DNA from: the human T2T-CHM13v2.0 reference genome, Homo sapiens
DNA length: 64,000 nt
Direction: 5' to 3' (one strand)
Assembly: GCF_009914755.1 (NCBI RefSeq)
Contig: NC_060934.1
Within the stretch, counting starts at the first letter, position 1. The number at the start of each line of letters is the position of its first letter. A model generated the notes under the pieces. That model had not been told where the DNA came from, did no database searches, and saw only the letters and a program-made list of their open reading frames with translations. Made by a program: the position numbers and the translations under genes. Below, in pieces: positions 44,633 to 56,751 of this stretch.

Positions 44633-46344
44633 GTAAGTGCAATGACTGAGAGTTCACTAACTTTCCAGATTTTGACAACTCAGCCCTCAATGGAAGGCAA
44701 GGATTTTAATATATTTGAAAGTTAAAAGAATGTACTAAACAGTGCTATATCTGCAGCCTTATAAAAGTGAAAATGATTATTTATTTGAGTTATCTGGTCA
44801 TTCCTGAGATTAAAAACCACATATGAACGTTACTTTAGAGGTAACTCAGTATTTTGTTCAGGTAAGACCCTTTCCATCTTGACTTAATTATTTTGCTTAT
44901 GCCATAACAGTTAATTCTTCAAGTTTAGAAGATGTTAAATTGCATTCTATTAAAATGTTCAGTGTAGGAAAAATAAGTACTGACTATATAAACCACATTA
45001 TACTAACCAAATTGACAAGAAAGTCAAATTAAAAAGTTTAAGTTTCTTTGAACCAGTTACTATTTATTCTCAGTATAAGCTACGTGGTTTTTTTCCCCCG
45101 TAGTAAAGGGAGTTGCCTCCTCTAAAAATCTAAAGTTTAGATTTTTTTATTCTGAAGACTCAATTTTTATATGGTTTATTCTACTTCTGTGTCACTGTGC
45201 CCCAGTTTTCAGAAGTATAAACCAAGACTGTTTTGTAACTATAAGTTACATTTAAATTGCTGGTTCTATATTTAGGATTAAAGTCAAAAAAGCTTTTATC
45301 AGTTGTTCCTCTTTTACAAGGTCCTCATAGTTATCAGCCATCAACAATGAAATTAATATTGCCTTAATTCTAACTTTAAAAATTAAATAAATTTTCAGCC
45401 ACACAGGGTTTATGAGGGTACATGTTGGGGTTAGGCCACATTTCCAGTTTCTTACATCAAAGAATGATGTATATCTACATACCTGAACTCTGCCCTATGG
45501 ATGTACCTAATATGTGTCACATATCCCATAGAGAACAAGTTAGACCATTTGCTAAGGTGATGGCTAGGCCAAACAAACAACAAAAAAGAATTGTAACAGA
45601 AAAAGAATGACTGAGCAGAGTCAACCTATTTCCTTAGTACTTTGGCAACAGTACTCATGAAATAACAAGATAATAAGAAGAGGGTGGCAATCAGGGAGAA
45701 TAGAACCAAGATTTTATAGGTTTATGGTCCATAAGCCCATGAAGGAGCACTTGAAACAGGTGAGAGCTCCAAGAGAAGGACGAAATTAATACAGAGAAGG
45801 GACGACTGAAGGCAAACTCCGTCTCCTTCCTAGTGCCCCTATTAATGAGTCTTATCAGAGAGACCAGCAGAAGAGTATGTTTTATACCTTAGCGCTGTGA
45901 TGTGGCCACAGTGTAGACAAGGCTTGGGAAAGAGCCTACTCACGTGACATTCAGGAAGCAGACCCATCCTGCAGCTGCTGCCACCATATTCCCTCTACTC
46001 CAAGGGCCATCGTGAAAGGAGAGGACAGATTGAACTGGTGGCGAAAGCAGAAGATGCCATTATAAAAACAAACTCCAAAATCTTTGATGAGCATGAAAAC
46101 CAATTCTATGATGATTTTTCCAGTGGGTGCAAATGTAGTAGGATTTACATATAAACCGTGGGTCAGACTAAGGTCAGGAAGGAGCTGTGATAAATATGGG
46201 GACCAGTAATGTGAGGAAATATAACTGGGAGGTCTTGGAAACAATTTAGTTTGCAAGGCAGCAAACTAAAAGGTAGAATGTATATTTTGCTGGCCCTTGA
46301 GAATCATACTGTGACTAACAAGCATTTTCAAGTCTTATTAACTT

Positions 46345-47310
46345 GTTTATTCAACAAACATTTGTGTTTCTTTTATATGTGAGGCCCTCTTCTGGGTGTT
46401 AAAGGCACAGTAGTCAAAAAGGAAGTCCCTGATATTAGGGACCATACATTAGTAGATTATATAAAACAGAAATAAAATAATACATACTGTGAAGAAAAAT
46501 ACAGCAGGATAAGAGGATAGAAAGTGATGAAAGCTGCTAGGTTTCACAGAGAAGGGAGATTTCTCTGAGAATGGGATATCTGAATACAGTGAAGGAGCCA
46601 GTCATGGAATATTGGAGAAGGGCATTCCAGTCAGAGGAAACAGTGAAACATAAGAAAGCCTTGAGGCCAGAACCTGCTGGGCACACACTGAGAACAGCAG
46701 AGGCCAGTGTGAAAGGGAGAAAGGTAAGGCCAGAGAGGTGTTGGGGGCTACATATTATAGGCCAAGATAAAGACGTTGGATTGTATTCTAAAGTGCAGTG
46801 GGGATGCCTGTCAAGGATCCAGGAATTTTTAATTTTTATTTTTAGGGGAACACTGACTGTTGGATGATAGATAAGAGAGACAAGAACGGAAGCAGGGAGA
46901 TCATTTAGAGGCTTTTGCTGTAATCTAGGCCAGAGGTTTTGGTGGCAGACAGATAAATAAGATTGTTGGCTTCAGAATATGTTCATATGCTTGCTGATGG
47001 ATTGGGTGAGGGTACATGAGTAAGAGGGTAATCAAGAATAACTCCAAAGTTTAAGGCCTAAGCTATAACCAAATAAATGATAGTGCTATTCACAGAGATA
47101 GGAAATACTAAAGACGGAGCTGGCTTGCAGGAGGGAAATTAAGAGTTTGGTGTTAATCATGTTAAGTTTCAGATCTCTATCACCTTCCAACTGGCAATAT
47201 CAAATAAGCAGTTGGTTGTAAAAGTCTGGAGTTAAGGGGAGAGGTTTAGAGATACAAATGTGGGAGTCGCCACCATATATTTGGTATTTTAAGTCATGGG
47301 TTTTAGTGAA
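46345..47310 (-). mobile_element. L2 fragment
   Basis: ttattcaacaaacattt 3' end and purine-rich L2 body (ggaagcagggagatcatttagaggct, gtctggagttaaggggagagg). Confidence 0.7.
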
Positions 47311-48150
47311 GTAGGACCTGATTCAGAGTAAGTACTAATTCTCTTTCCTTCCTGTATAAAAGGCAAAGGAAGGGAGATTCCAGCTGGAAGAGCATGAAGC
47401 AGTAGTTGAGTTAAGCCGTTAAAGGCTGGGTAGAATCTTAGTAGTCAAAATTATGGGAAAACACAGTGAAGGAGTAAGGAATTATGTAAACCAAAGCCAA
47501 AAGATAAAGAGGAGCAATATGTGTGCAGAAAACCATGGCTCGCTAAATGACTGAGGCATAGACTTGTCATAAAAAACTGGTGAAGAATCATCTTGGAAAC
47601 TCAGGGACTATAATCTTGGAATCTGTAGACTTGGAATCTTTATTGAGGGGTTAATGGGGATCCTTCAGAAGTTTATGAGGAGGAGTTGATAGAATGCAAT
47701 TCAAGCAGTGCTTTTGTAAGATTAATCTAAGTATGAAGAATACATTTGAAATATGTGAAAATGGGAATTTGATAAACCAGACAGAAAGCTATTATAATAA
47801 TCCACATTTGGCTGAAAAAACTGGAAGTATTTTTTTAATCATCAGATTAAAGTACATTTTGGAAATATCAAATAGAAGAGACAGGATAAAGTACAGGAAA
47901 AATCCTGTCTTCTATTCAGGACCTTGTTCTGTTGAGTGAGCTTTAGACAGGTTATTCAGTATTTGTGGATGCGGTTTCTATATCTATAAATTGGAAAGCA
48001 AACAAGTTAACCTCTAGTTCCTAGCAAAGTATATATTACTTTATTTTTACTAATTTTGAATATTGTTTAATAAAGGATGAACTCTGATACTTTAGAAAGT
48101 TGGTATTTTTCTGTATCAAATTCTGTCCCCACTATCACTATCCTTTTTGG

Positions 48151-48232
48151 TAATAATTTCAGGAGTTACATTTTTGTGACTGCTACAACTGCTAATAATT
48201 TCAAGAGTTAGATTTTTGTGACTGCTGCAATT
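48151..48232 (+). repeat. Two-copy 42-bp tandem duplication
   Basis: taataatttcaggagttacatttttgtgactgctacaactgc / taataatttcaagagttagatttttgtgactgctgcaatt. Confidence 0.9.
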
Positions 48233-48359
48233 TGAGGTCTTTAAGAAACAAAACAAAACAACCATCAGGCTCACAAAAATGTCACTCTTAGTAGATTGGA
48301 TGTTCTTTAGTCTAAAGATCTTTTGCTTTTCAAATAAAATACCAATTCTTTTCTTACAG

Positions 48360-48465
48360 AGACATGTGACGCAGTCTGGGTGTAATCGTAAATTCAAATG
48401 CACTGAGTGTGGAAAAGCTTTCAAATACAAACATCACCTAAAAGAGCACTTAAGAATTCACAGTG
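48360..48465 (+). CDS. ZEB1: ZEB1 exon 6 (106 nt; C2H2 finger 3)
   Basis: ttacag|AGACATGTG...CACAGTG|gtaaat; [26 protein letters not shown]. Confidence 0.98.
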
Positions 48466-50292
48466 GTAAATATTTTTTTTCTTTCTATACCCTGAATATC
48501 ATAGCATATGTGGTAATAAATAAATATCATAACATGTAATCTACGTACATGATCAGAAACTCCTTGCATTTCTTTTGGCATACACTAATTGGGAGAAATT
48601 TTATGTTTATTTTATGTTTTATTAGAGTCTTAACCTTTGACTAAAGTATATCAAATTAATATAGTATGACATACTCCAGATTTCCTAATCAGAAGATAAT
48701 ATAGCATGTTTTAGTAAGTACAACCTGAAAACATATTAGCTTTCTGATGAATGTAAATGTCATTGCCTCCTTTGCACAATTAGCAGGGGAATGGAAAAGA
48801 GTATAGAGATACGATTTGCACAAGAGAATAGGGAAGTGAAGACATCCTTTATTTGAGAAAAGTTGAAATGGAACTCAAGATTAGAAAATATTGGAGAGCT
48901 GATATAGAGGCAATGAGAGGGAGTGAAAGGATTACAGCATTAATGAGAATCTGAAAGAAAAATGTGCTCACCCACCATCTTCACCTGTCTATTCCATGTC
49001 ATTCTGTAAATTATTACTTACAAGGTTAATACTATTATGCGATGAAAGTGTTGTGTCTATTTTAGGAACTCAGAGTAAACAGAGAGCTATATTTGCATTT
49101 CTTTGGAGACACTACTTGAACAAAAGCGCAAAAGGAAAACTTGCTGGTATCCCACAATGCCCTATGAAATCTGTTCATCTCCTGATAAATTTTGATATGT
49201 TATTTTAGATTTAAATCATTTTAATGAAAAAATTATTAACCATGAATGGGAAATTATGGGTTTTCACACATTGCTTATTTTGTGAAAATTATGTATTGAC
49301 ATTTACATTTTACAAACATCTTCCTACAAAAAAAGTATAGTTGGATAGCTTTGTGAAGCATAGTTGATGATATTTATGTTTTATTTTGGAACTGCATTTC
49401 TAAAAGTTTTACTGTATTGCTCATTAAGGCTAACCCTCAATGTTAAACGTGCTGAAGTTACCACTTGAAAATGCTCAAACCAAGATCCTTACCAAAACAT
49501 TTATTTTCACACATTGATTATTGTTTCTAAAAAGTAGAGGTTGTCTTTTGCAGCCTGCCACAATATTCTGTTTCTTAGCTTCTATGCTATTGAACAATTT
49601 TTATCAATAATAATATATTTTAACAACCTACCTTCTTACCAGAGATGATTTAAAGTTGTTAATAAAGATATAGCTAATTCAAGAGGGATTTTTAAATGTT
49701 GAAATCAGGGCAGAGGAAGGAAAATAAAGCTAACAGTAAGATTCATGTATATAATGAGTCATATTCATTTTGTCATATTGCAGTCATGGAAGATTTATCA
49801 GATCTATAAATAATACAAAGTTGGAAAGTATAAATCAGAACAAGGATTGAAATACTGGTCTAGAAATAAGAAGTTGAAAGTTAAGCATTGGTATTTAAAA
49901 ATCAGTCTCAATCAAGTAGTAAATTTGAATGGCCCAGAGCTTAATATGAGCTGACTGTATGCTGATACTGCTCAAAAGCTAATGCAAATTTAGGCCAGAT
50001 CATGGAACACAAAGCTCCCACTGTACTCTGCACTGTCCACTCATTATGTATGTACTTATTTCTGTCTTGTTTTTAAAACATCTAATGTGAGGCTTGTATA
50101 CCTTTAACATAGCAAGTAATTTTAATTTAAAAATATGTAGGAAAAATTAAGAAACACTAACATGGAGTAAATTGTTGGGGGGACAAAATGAATGCTGTGA
50201 AATGCCATACATATGCTGGAAGTGGACCACAAATTAAGCTCTAAGGTTTAGGAAGAAAATGACAATCAGTAACCAAGACCCAGGGTGTCTGT

Positions 50293-50296
<4 letters not shown>

Positions 50297-50328
<32 letters not shown>
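50297..50328 (+). repeat. A32 homopolymer
   Basis: Direct count. Confidence 0.95.
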
Positions 50329-50331
<3 letters not shown>

Positions 50332-51509
50332 GTTGCTAGAAAAAGGACTATTCTTCCTTCCTGATACCAAGTCCATAGAAAACGTTATTCCTTGGAACAA
50401 CATAAAGAGAAAAGAACAAAACAGAAGTTATATAATCCTCAGAAATATCCTTAAAATAACACAGCAGAGAATTTGATAGGGTTTCTTTTTTAAATCAGAT
50501 TATTCAATAGAAGCCAGTCATAGTTCACCAAAGTGCTATTTAGGAAAAGCATTGCTCCAGGGTGGCCACGTAGATACAGTTTAAGTACACAGCTCTCTGA
50601 TGGTCTGGTTGATTCCAAGAGAAGATTTTTGAGCAAAGGCTACCCAAAGTGACATCTCAGGACTGGTACCAGTCTGCAAACCCTGTGTTACTCATTCTTG
50701 AGATAAGTACAGAAATTGAGAGTAAGCATTTAGCATTTATTATACCAAGACTTTGTGACATTTTACTATATTTTATAAAATATTGGTCCACAGTAGATTG
50801 GAAACTTAAAAAAGAACCAAACAAAGCCAATTGGTCATTCACCACAAATAGTTTGAAAAGCTCTTCCTAGGGTATCTAATAATGGAAGAGCTGAATATCT
50901 TTTAGGAAACCTCCATAACTTTCTTTTCACATGACTTTTGAAAAGATGTTGAGAATCAGGATCCAAAATTATACTCTCTAAAATTACCTATATTGTTGCT
51001 AAATACTGGTACCCAAAAAATTTTGATCATGACCCTATGCAGAACCGTGTGTGTTAATAATTAGTTGATTCTACCTGTAGGAATTGAGCTATCATGAGGA
51101 AAAGGCTACCAGACCTCCACTCAGATTAGAGACAAAAGAACACCTGCATATGGCTGTGGTCCACCCCCAAAAATAATTTTCCATGGTCTTAGTAATTTTT
51201 GCCTGGAAAATTTTTGTATCAGATGCAGCCAAACACCCACCTTAGCCATTAAAAAAAAAAAAAAGTCAGTATACATAGTATACCGAACTTTGAGTAGTGA
51301 AACTTCCTGATGTAACCTTCAGGCTAAAATACTTGTAAACCCTAACCTCCATAGATAAATTAGTGATATGCCTAACTAATAAACTGTAAAGCTATGAAGC
51401 TAGAAACAAGGAGTTTTAAATTAACAAATATAGTGACTTTGGCTTTAGAATAATTGTTGTGTAAACTTTCTTTCTGGCAATGATAAAATATCAAGATAAT
51501 TTTTAACAA

Positions 51510-51760
51510 TAATAATGATAACTAGCACTTATTGGATCCTTAGCTATGTATAGCCACATGTTAGTTATTTGTATGCATTAATTCATATAGTCCTCAGGAT
51601 AACCCTATGGAGTAGGTTTTATTATTTTCTACTTTTTACTGATGAGAAAATTGAGGCTCAGAGGGCTTAATTAACTTGTCCAAGGTCACTCAGGTAGTAC
51701 ATGGCAAAGCTAGGGCTGTGATGTAGTCATCCTGACCCAAAGTCATTCCCTTACGTACCA
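51510..51760 (-). mobile_element. MIR
   Basis: gatgagaaaattgaggctcagagggcttaattaacttgtccaaggtcac. Confidence 0.8.
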
Positions 51761-51899
51761 TTTCTGTCCCCCTGTTTTAAAAAATAGTCTGTATTTATAG
51801 ATGTTTATCTTTCTAGCGTCTCTAGAAGGAAAATAAGCATGTAGTTCATGTAAAAATGTTATCAAGTAATTAAAAGTGTTAAAATAGAGATGTACTAGA

Positions 51900-52220
51900 G
51901 TATATTCCTTGTTTTACCCCCACTGGAAACTTTTGTCTGTTGTATTTTGAGAATTGAATCCTATTCCAGGCATCGCATTGGAAAAATATTGATAAATTGG
52001 AGAATCCCCAGAGGTGGGTTAACAAGCAGGTAAGGGTTCTAAAACCCACATCCTGTGCAGAATGTTTGAAGGACCTAGGTATATTTAACCTATATAAGAG
52101 AAGTTTAAGAATACATATAGCAGCTCTTGATCCATTTGAAGGTTTGACTTGAGAAGAAAAGTTACACTTGTTCTGTGTGGCATCAGGACAAACTAGGATA
52201 GGGAAATAGGCATCATAGCT
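51900..52220 (+). mobile_element. L3/CR1 fragment (a second piece near 49900-50050)
   Basis: attgataaattggagaatccccagagg...gaaggacctaggtatatttaacctatataagagaagtttaag resembles the CR1 RT 3' region. Confidence 0.55.
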
Positions 52221-53875
52221 ATTTTTTTGGCTCAAACTCAGCCTGTCTCTTAGTAGAATTGCCTTTTTAAAAAGTGACTAGCATTTGTTGAGAGCATACT
52301 AAGAGTTTTGCTATATAATCTCATATGACCCCTATAACAGTCCAATGAGAATGTATCTGCATTTGCACATTGAAAAACTAAGGCTTGGACAGGTTAAGAA
52401 AATACTATGTGATGGAGCCAGGATTTGAACCCAAATCCATGGACCTCAACAGAACCAGACAGGACCATCTTGTGCAGGGCTGTCCAGCAGGTCCTAACTC
52501 CCCTTTTATTAAAGAAGCTCAAGCAGAGATTAGCTGGTGTCAAGAATGATATGAAATGAACTCTTCATTGAAAAGGAGGCTGTACTACAAGGGTTTCTTA
52601 AATCTCTTCCAATTCTTATATATGATTCTTCAAATAATCATATTTATTAGAAAATATAACTCACATGTTTAAACTATAGCATTGAAGTTACTATTAAGCA
52701 ATTTTTAGTAGGGCTTAAATTGATTCCTCACTGCTTTCATTTTAATTCTTAAAAAGAGCAGGAGATGGAGAGTTTTATTTTGATACTAAGTAGACAAATC
52801 AGTGTCATCACATCTCATCATTCAACAATTAGCCATTCACTCATCCAAAAAAGGTTTAATGAGCATCTTTGCAACCTGTACTTTGATGGGTGCAAGGGAT
52901 AAATGGCAAACAAGCCTCAGAGGCTCCTGCCTTACTGAAGCTTATAGTCTGTAACCTTTAAATTATAAATTAGTGAACTATAACTTAAAACTCAAAGGAA
53001 ACATTAGGTTTGTAGGAAAATATTACATTTAGCTCGGTGCTTTCAAAATTTTCTACCAAAGTATCCCTAACAGCCAAGGAGAATAAATGCCTTTTACCCC
53101 ACAGAGTCTAGGGAAGCAGCTTGAGGGAAGCCTCTGCAAGCCAAAGGCTACTTTGACAGTGCGTGGCTTTTCCTAGCAAGTCACACAAATGTGTTTTTCT
53201 CTGTTTTAATATAAAAATAATGTTTTATCATATCCACTGTCACTAAAATTGAAACTCCAAGGTGCTTTGATACCCACTACAGTGTTTATCCTGGGAGTAT
53301 ATACATTTCAGTTTAATAAGCCAATGCTTATAGAATATCTTATATAAGTTTTCCTCCCATTAGGGAAAAACTATTTTCAAGAAAGCCCTATGGGTACAGG
53401 AATTATTATTAATCAAAGATAGATATTCATACTTGTTAAGTCATATGGGACATTTTACTTATTTTTCTTTTCTTTAATATTTCTCCTACAGATGGTTGAG
53501 TAGAGTAAAATATAGAAAATTATATAGGTCGGTGAAATGGGATAAGAAAAAACATACTTGAAAGAGTAGAATGTAATTACTTTTGATACTTGAGAATTAT
53601 TTGAAGTTATAAAGATTGGTGGAAATATTATACACATATGCTGAGAAGATTCCATGATTGGTTAGCAGAACATGTACCTCAGACTTAGTTACTAGCGTTC
53701 ATCACATCTATGTAGGTTTTGAAGCTAAAAAGTTTATTCTAAATACAGTTCTGTCACAAGCATGCATGGCAGTCTTCTTTTTAAAATTGATACCGCTTGT
53801 TTTAGGGAAATGAGGATACATAAAAATTTATATGTAATAATTCAGTGAATATAATTTGTTTGTTTGTTTGTTTAG

Positions 53876-55686
53876 GAGAGAAGCCATATGAATGCCCAAA
53901 CTGCAAGAAACGCTTTTCCCATTCTGGCTCCTATAGCTCACACATAAGCAGTAAGAAATGTATCAGCTTGATACCTGTGAATGGGCGACCAAGAACAGGA
54001 CTCAAGACATCTCAGTGTTCTTCACCGTCTCTTTCAGCATCACCAGGCAGTCCCACACGACCACAGATACGGCAAAAGATAGAGAATAAACCCCTTCAAG
54101 AACAACTTTCTGTTAACCAAATTAAAACTGAACCTGTGGATTATGAATTCAAACCCATAGTGGTTGCTTCAGGAATCAACTGTTCAACCCCTTTACAAAA
54201 TGGGGTTTTCACTGGTGGTGGCCCATTACAGGCAACCAGTTCTCCTCAGGGCATGGTGCAAGCTGTTGTTCTGCCAACAGTTGGTTTGGTGTCTCCCATA
54301 AGTATCAATTTAAGTGATATTCAGAATGTACTTAAAGTGGCGGTAGATGGTAATGTAATAAGGCAAGTGTTGGAGAATAATCAAGCCAATCTTGCATCCA
54401 AAGAACAAGAAACAATCAATGCTTCACCCATACAACAAGGTGGCCATTCTGTTATTTCAGCCATCAGTCTTCCTTTGGTTGATCAAGATGGAACAACCAA
54501 AATTATCATCAACTACAGTCTTGAGCAGCCTAGCCAACTTCAAGTTGTTCCTCAAAATTTAAAAAAAGAAAATCCAGTCGCTACAAACAGTTGTAAAAGT
54601 GAAAAGTTACCAGAAGATCTTACTGTTAAGTCTGAGAAGGACAAAAGCTTTGAAGGGGGGGTGAATGATAGCACTTGTCTTCTGTGTGATGATTGTCCAG
54701 GAGATATTAATGCACTTCCAGAATTAAAGCACTATGACCTAAAGCAGCCTACTCAGCCTCCTCCACTCCCTGCAGCAGAAGCTGAGAAGCCTGAGTCCTC
54801 TGTTTCATCAGCTACTGGAGATGGCAATTTGTCTCCTAGTCAGCCACCTTTAAAGAACCTCTTGTCTCTCCTAAAAGCATATTATGCTTTGAATGCACAA
54901 CCAAGTGCAGAAGAGCTCTCAAAAATTGCTGATTCAGTAAACCTACCACTGGATGTAGTAAAAAAGTGGTTTGAAAAGATGCAAGCTGGACAGATTTCAG
55001 TGCAGTCTTCTGAACCATCTTCTCCTGAACCAGGCAAAGTAAATATCCCTGCCAAGAACAATGATCAGCCTCAATCTGCAAATGCAAATGAACCCCAGGA
55101 CAGCACAGTAAATCTACAAAGTCCTTTGAAGATGACTAACTCCCCAGTTTTACCAGTGGGATCAACCACCAATGGTTCCAGAAGTAGTACACCATCCCCA
55201 TCACCTCTAAACCTTTCCTCATCCAGAAATACACAGGGTTACTTGTACACAGCTGAGGGTGCACAAGAAGAGCCACAAGTAGAACCTCTTGATCTTTCAC
55301 TACCAAAGCAACAGGGAGAATTATTAGAAAGGTCAACTATCACTAGTGTTTACCAGAACAGTGTTTATTCTGTCCAGGAAGAACCCTTGAACTTGTCTTG
55401 CGCAAAAAAGGAGCCACAAAAGGACAGTTGTGTTACAGACTCAGAACCAGTTGTAAATGTAATCCCACCAAGTGCCAACCCCATAAATATCGCTATACCT
55501 ACAGTCACTGCCCAGTTACCCACAATCGTGGCCATTGCTGACCAGAACAGTGTTCCATGCTTAAGAGCGCTAGCTGCCAATAAGCAAACGATTCTGATTC
55601 CCCAGGTGGCATACACCTACTCAACTACGGTCAGCCCTGCAGTCCAAGAACCACCCTTGAAAGTGATCCAGCCAAATGGAAATCAG
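53876..55686 (+). CDS. ZEB1: ZEB1 exon 7 (1811 nt; finger 4, atypical homeodomain, three CtBP-binding motifs)
   Basis: tttag|GAGAGAAG...AATCAG|gtaaaa; [24 protein letters not shown]; [16 protein letters not shown]...KKWFEK; PLNLS 55204-55218, PLDLS 55285-55299, PLNLS 55384-55398. Confidence 0.99.
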
Positions 55687-56299
55687 GTAAAAAATAACCT
55701 CCATCCTGAACCTGGCTAGTAATATGCTATTTGACTAATTTCAATTAACTTTGTCTAATAAATATCAGTCCCGTAGAGCCAACTAGATTATTACAAACTG
55801 TCATTTTTAAAAGGATCAATGTTTGCTTTAACTTTTCTGGCATGATGTCTTCAGTTGGTTGTTTGCTAATCCAGGGTATTGTTACCAGCTTAAAGTTTGA
55901 AATGCTATTCTACTGAAAGATGATTTTTAAGTCCCAGCTAAAAACCTGTTTGAAGTTAGAAATCAAAAAACAAAATTGAAATACTCGCTAATTGGGTTTC
56001 TGTTTTTATAGCTAAATTCCTAAAATTAGTAATAGTTTCTGCCTTGATTATGGTCATTAATTAATGAAAATATGTTCCCATTCACAGGTTCATACCAGGC
56101 AAACTTATCTATCACTTTTATATACTAATACATCTGTTTATAAAAGGTTTTAATTAAATAAACAGGAATGAAGTATACAAAGAACGCATCTTGTGAATTT
56201 ACTGATCATTTTATGAACTGTGCATAAACAGTGTTCAGTCATAATGTATATGAGGAAGTGTGGCTGTGAACCTAAAAATACATATGCATTTTCCTCCTT

Positions 56300-56363
56300 A
56301 ACTATCACAGTGTTTACCACAACAGTGTTTATTCTGTCCAGGAAGAACCCTTGAACTGGTCTT
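56300..56363 (+). repeat. Intronic direct copy of exon 7 segment 55335-55399
   Basis: 62 of 65 positions match (1 deletion, 2 substitutions); 37-bp perfect core 56321-56357 = 55357-55393. Confidence 0.97.
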
Positions 56364-56736
56364 ACCCCAAAATCCACAATAGTTTTGGATAGAGCTATTG
56401 TATGCCTCATTGTCCAGACTTTTTCCATGTCACTGATGTTGATGTTTTCCCATTTTTTCCATCAATTTCTGATGGAATCAAATGAATACTAGAGACAAAT
56501 TTGATATTTTATGCAAATATTTTCTATAAGTATAATAATTTCAATATCCTGCTCAAACTTGTATTTGCTGCTTTTGTTTTCCCTTAAATATTGCTATTGA
56601 TTGGGTTTCCTGTAATTGTGATAACTCTTGAAAAAAAGTTCTTACGTGATCATTGAATTCCTCTAAATTTTTAGTGTACAGAACACTTTGCATGCCTTTG
56701 AATAGAAAAAGAGCCATCCTTAGCATTTCATAGACT

Positions 56737-56751
56737 CACGTGTCACGTGAC
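56737..56751. promoter_or_regulatory. Tandem CACGTG E-boxes including the perfect palindrome GTCACGTGAC (CLEAR/USF-type)
   Basis: tCACGTGtCACGTGac; motif match only. Confidence 0.35.

Noticed and set aside
44366-44725. ORF-track ORFs extending beyond exons 5, 6 and 7
   Set aside because: Real coding parts are delimited by GT-AG sites; the extensions are intronic
48151-48232. CRISPR-like or other repeat-spacer array
   Set aside because: Only two adjacent copies without spacers; vertebrate intron
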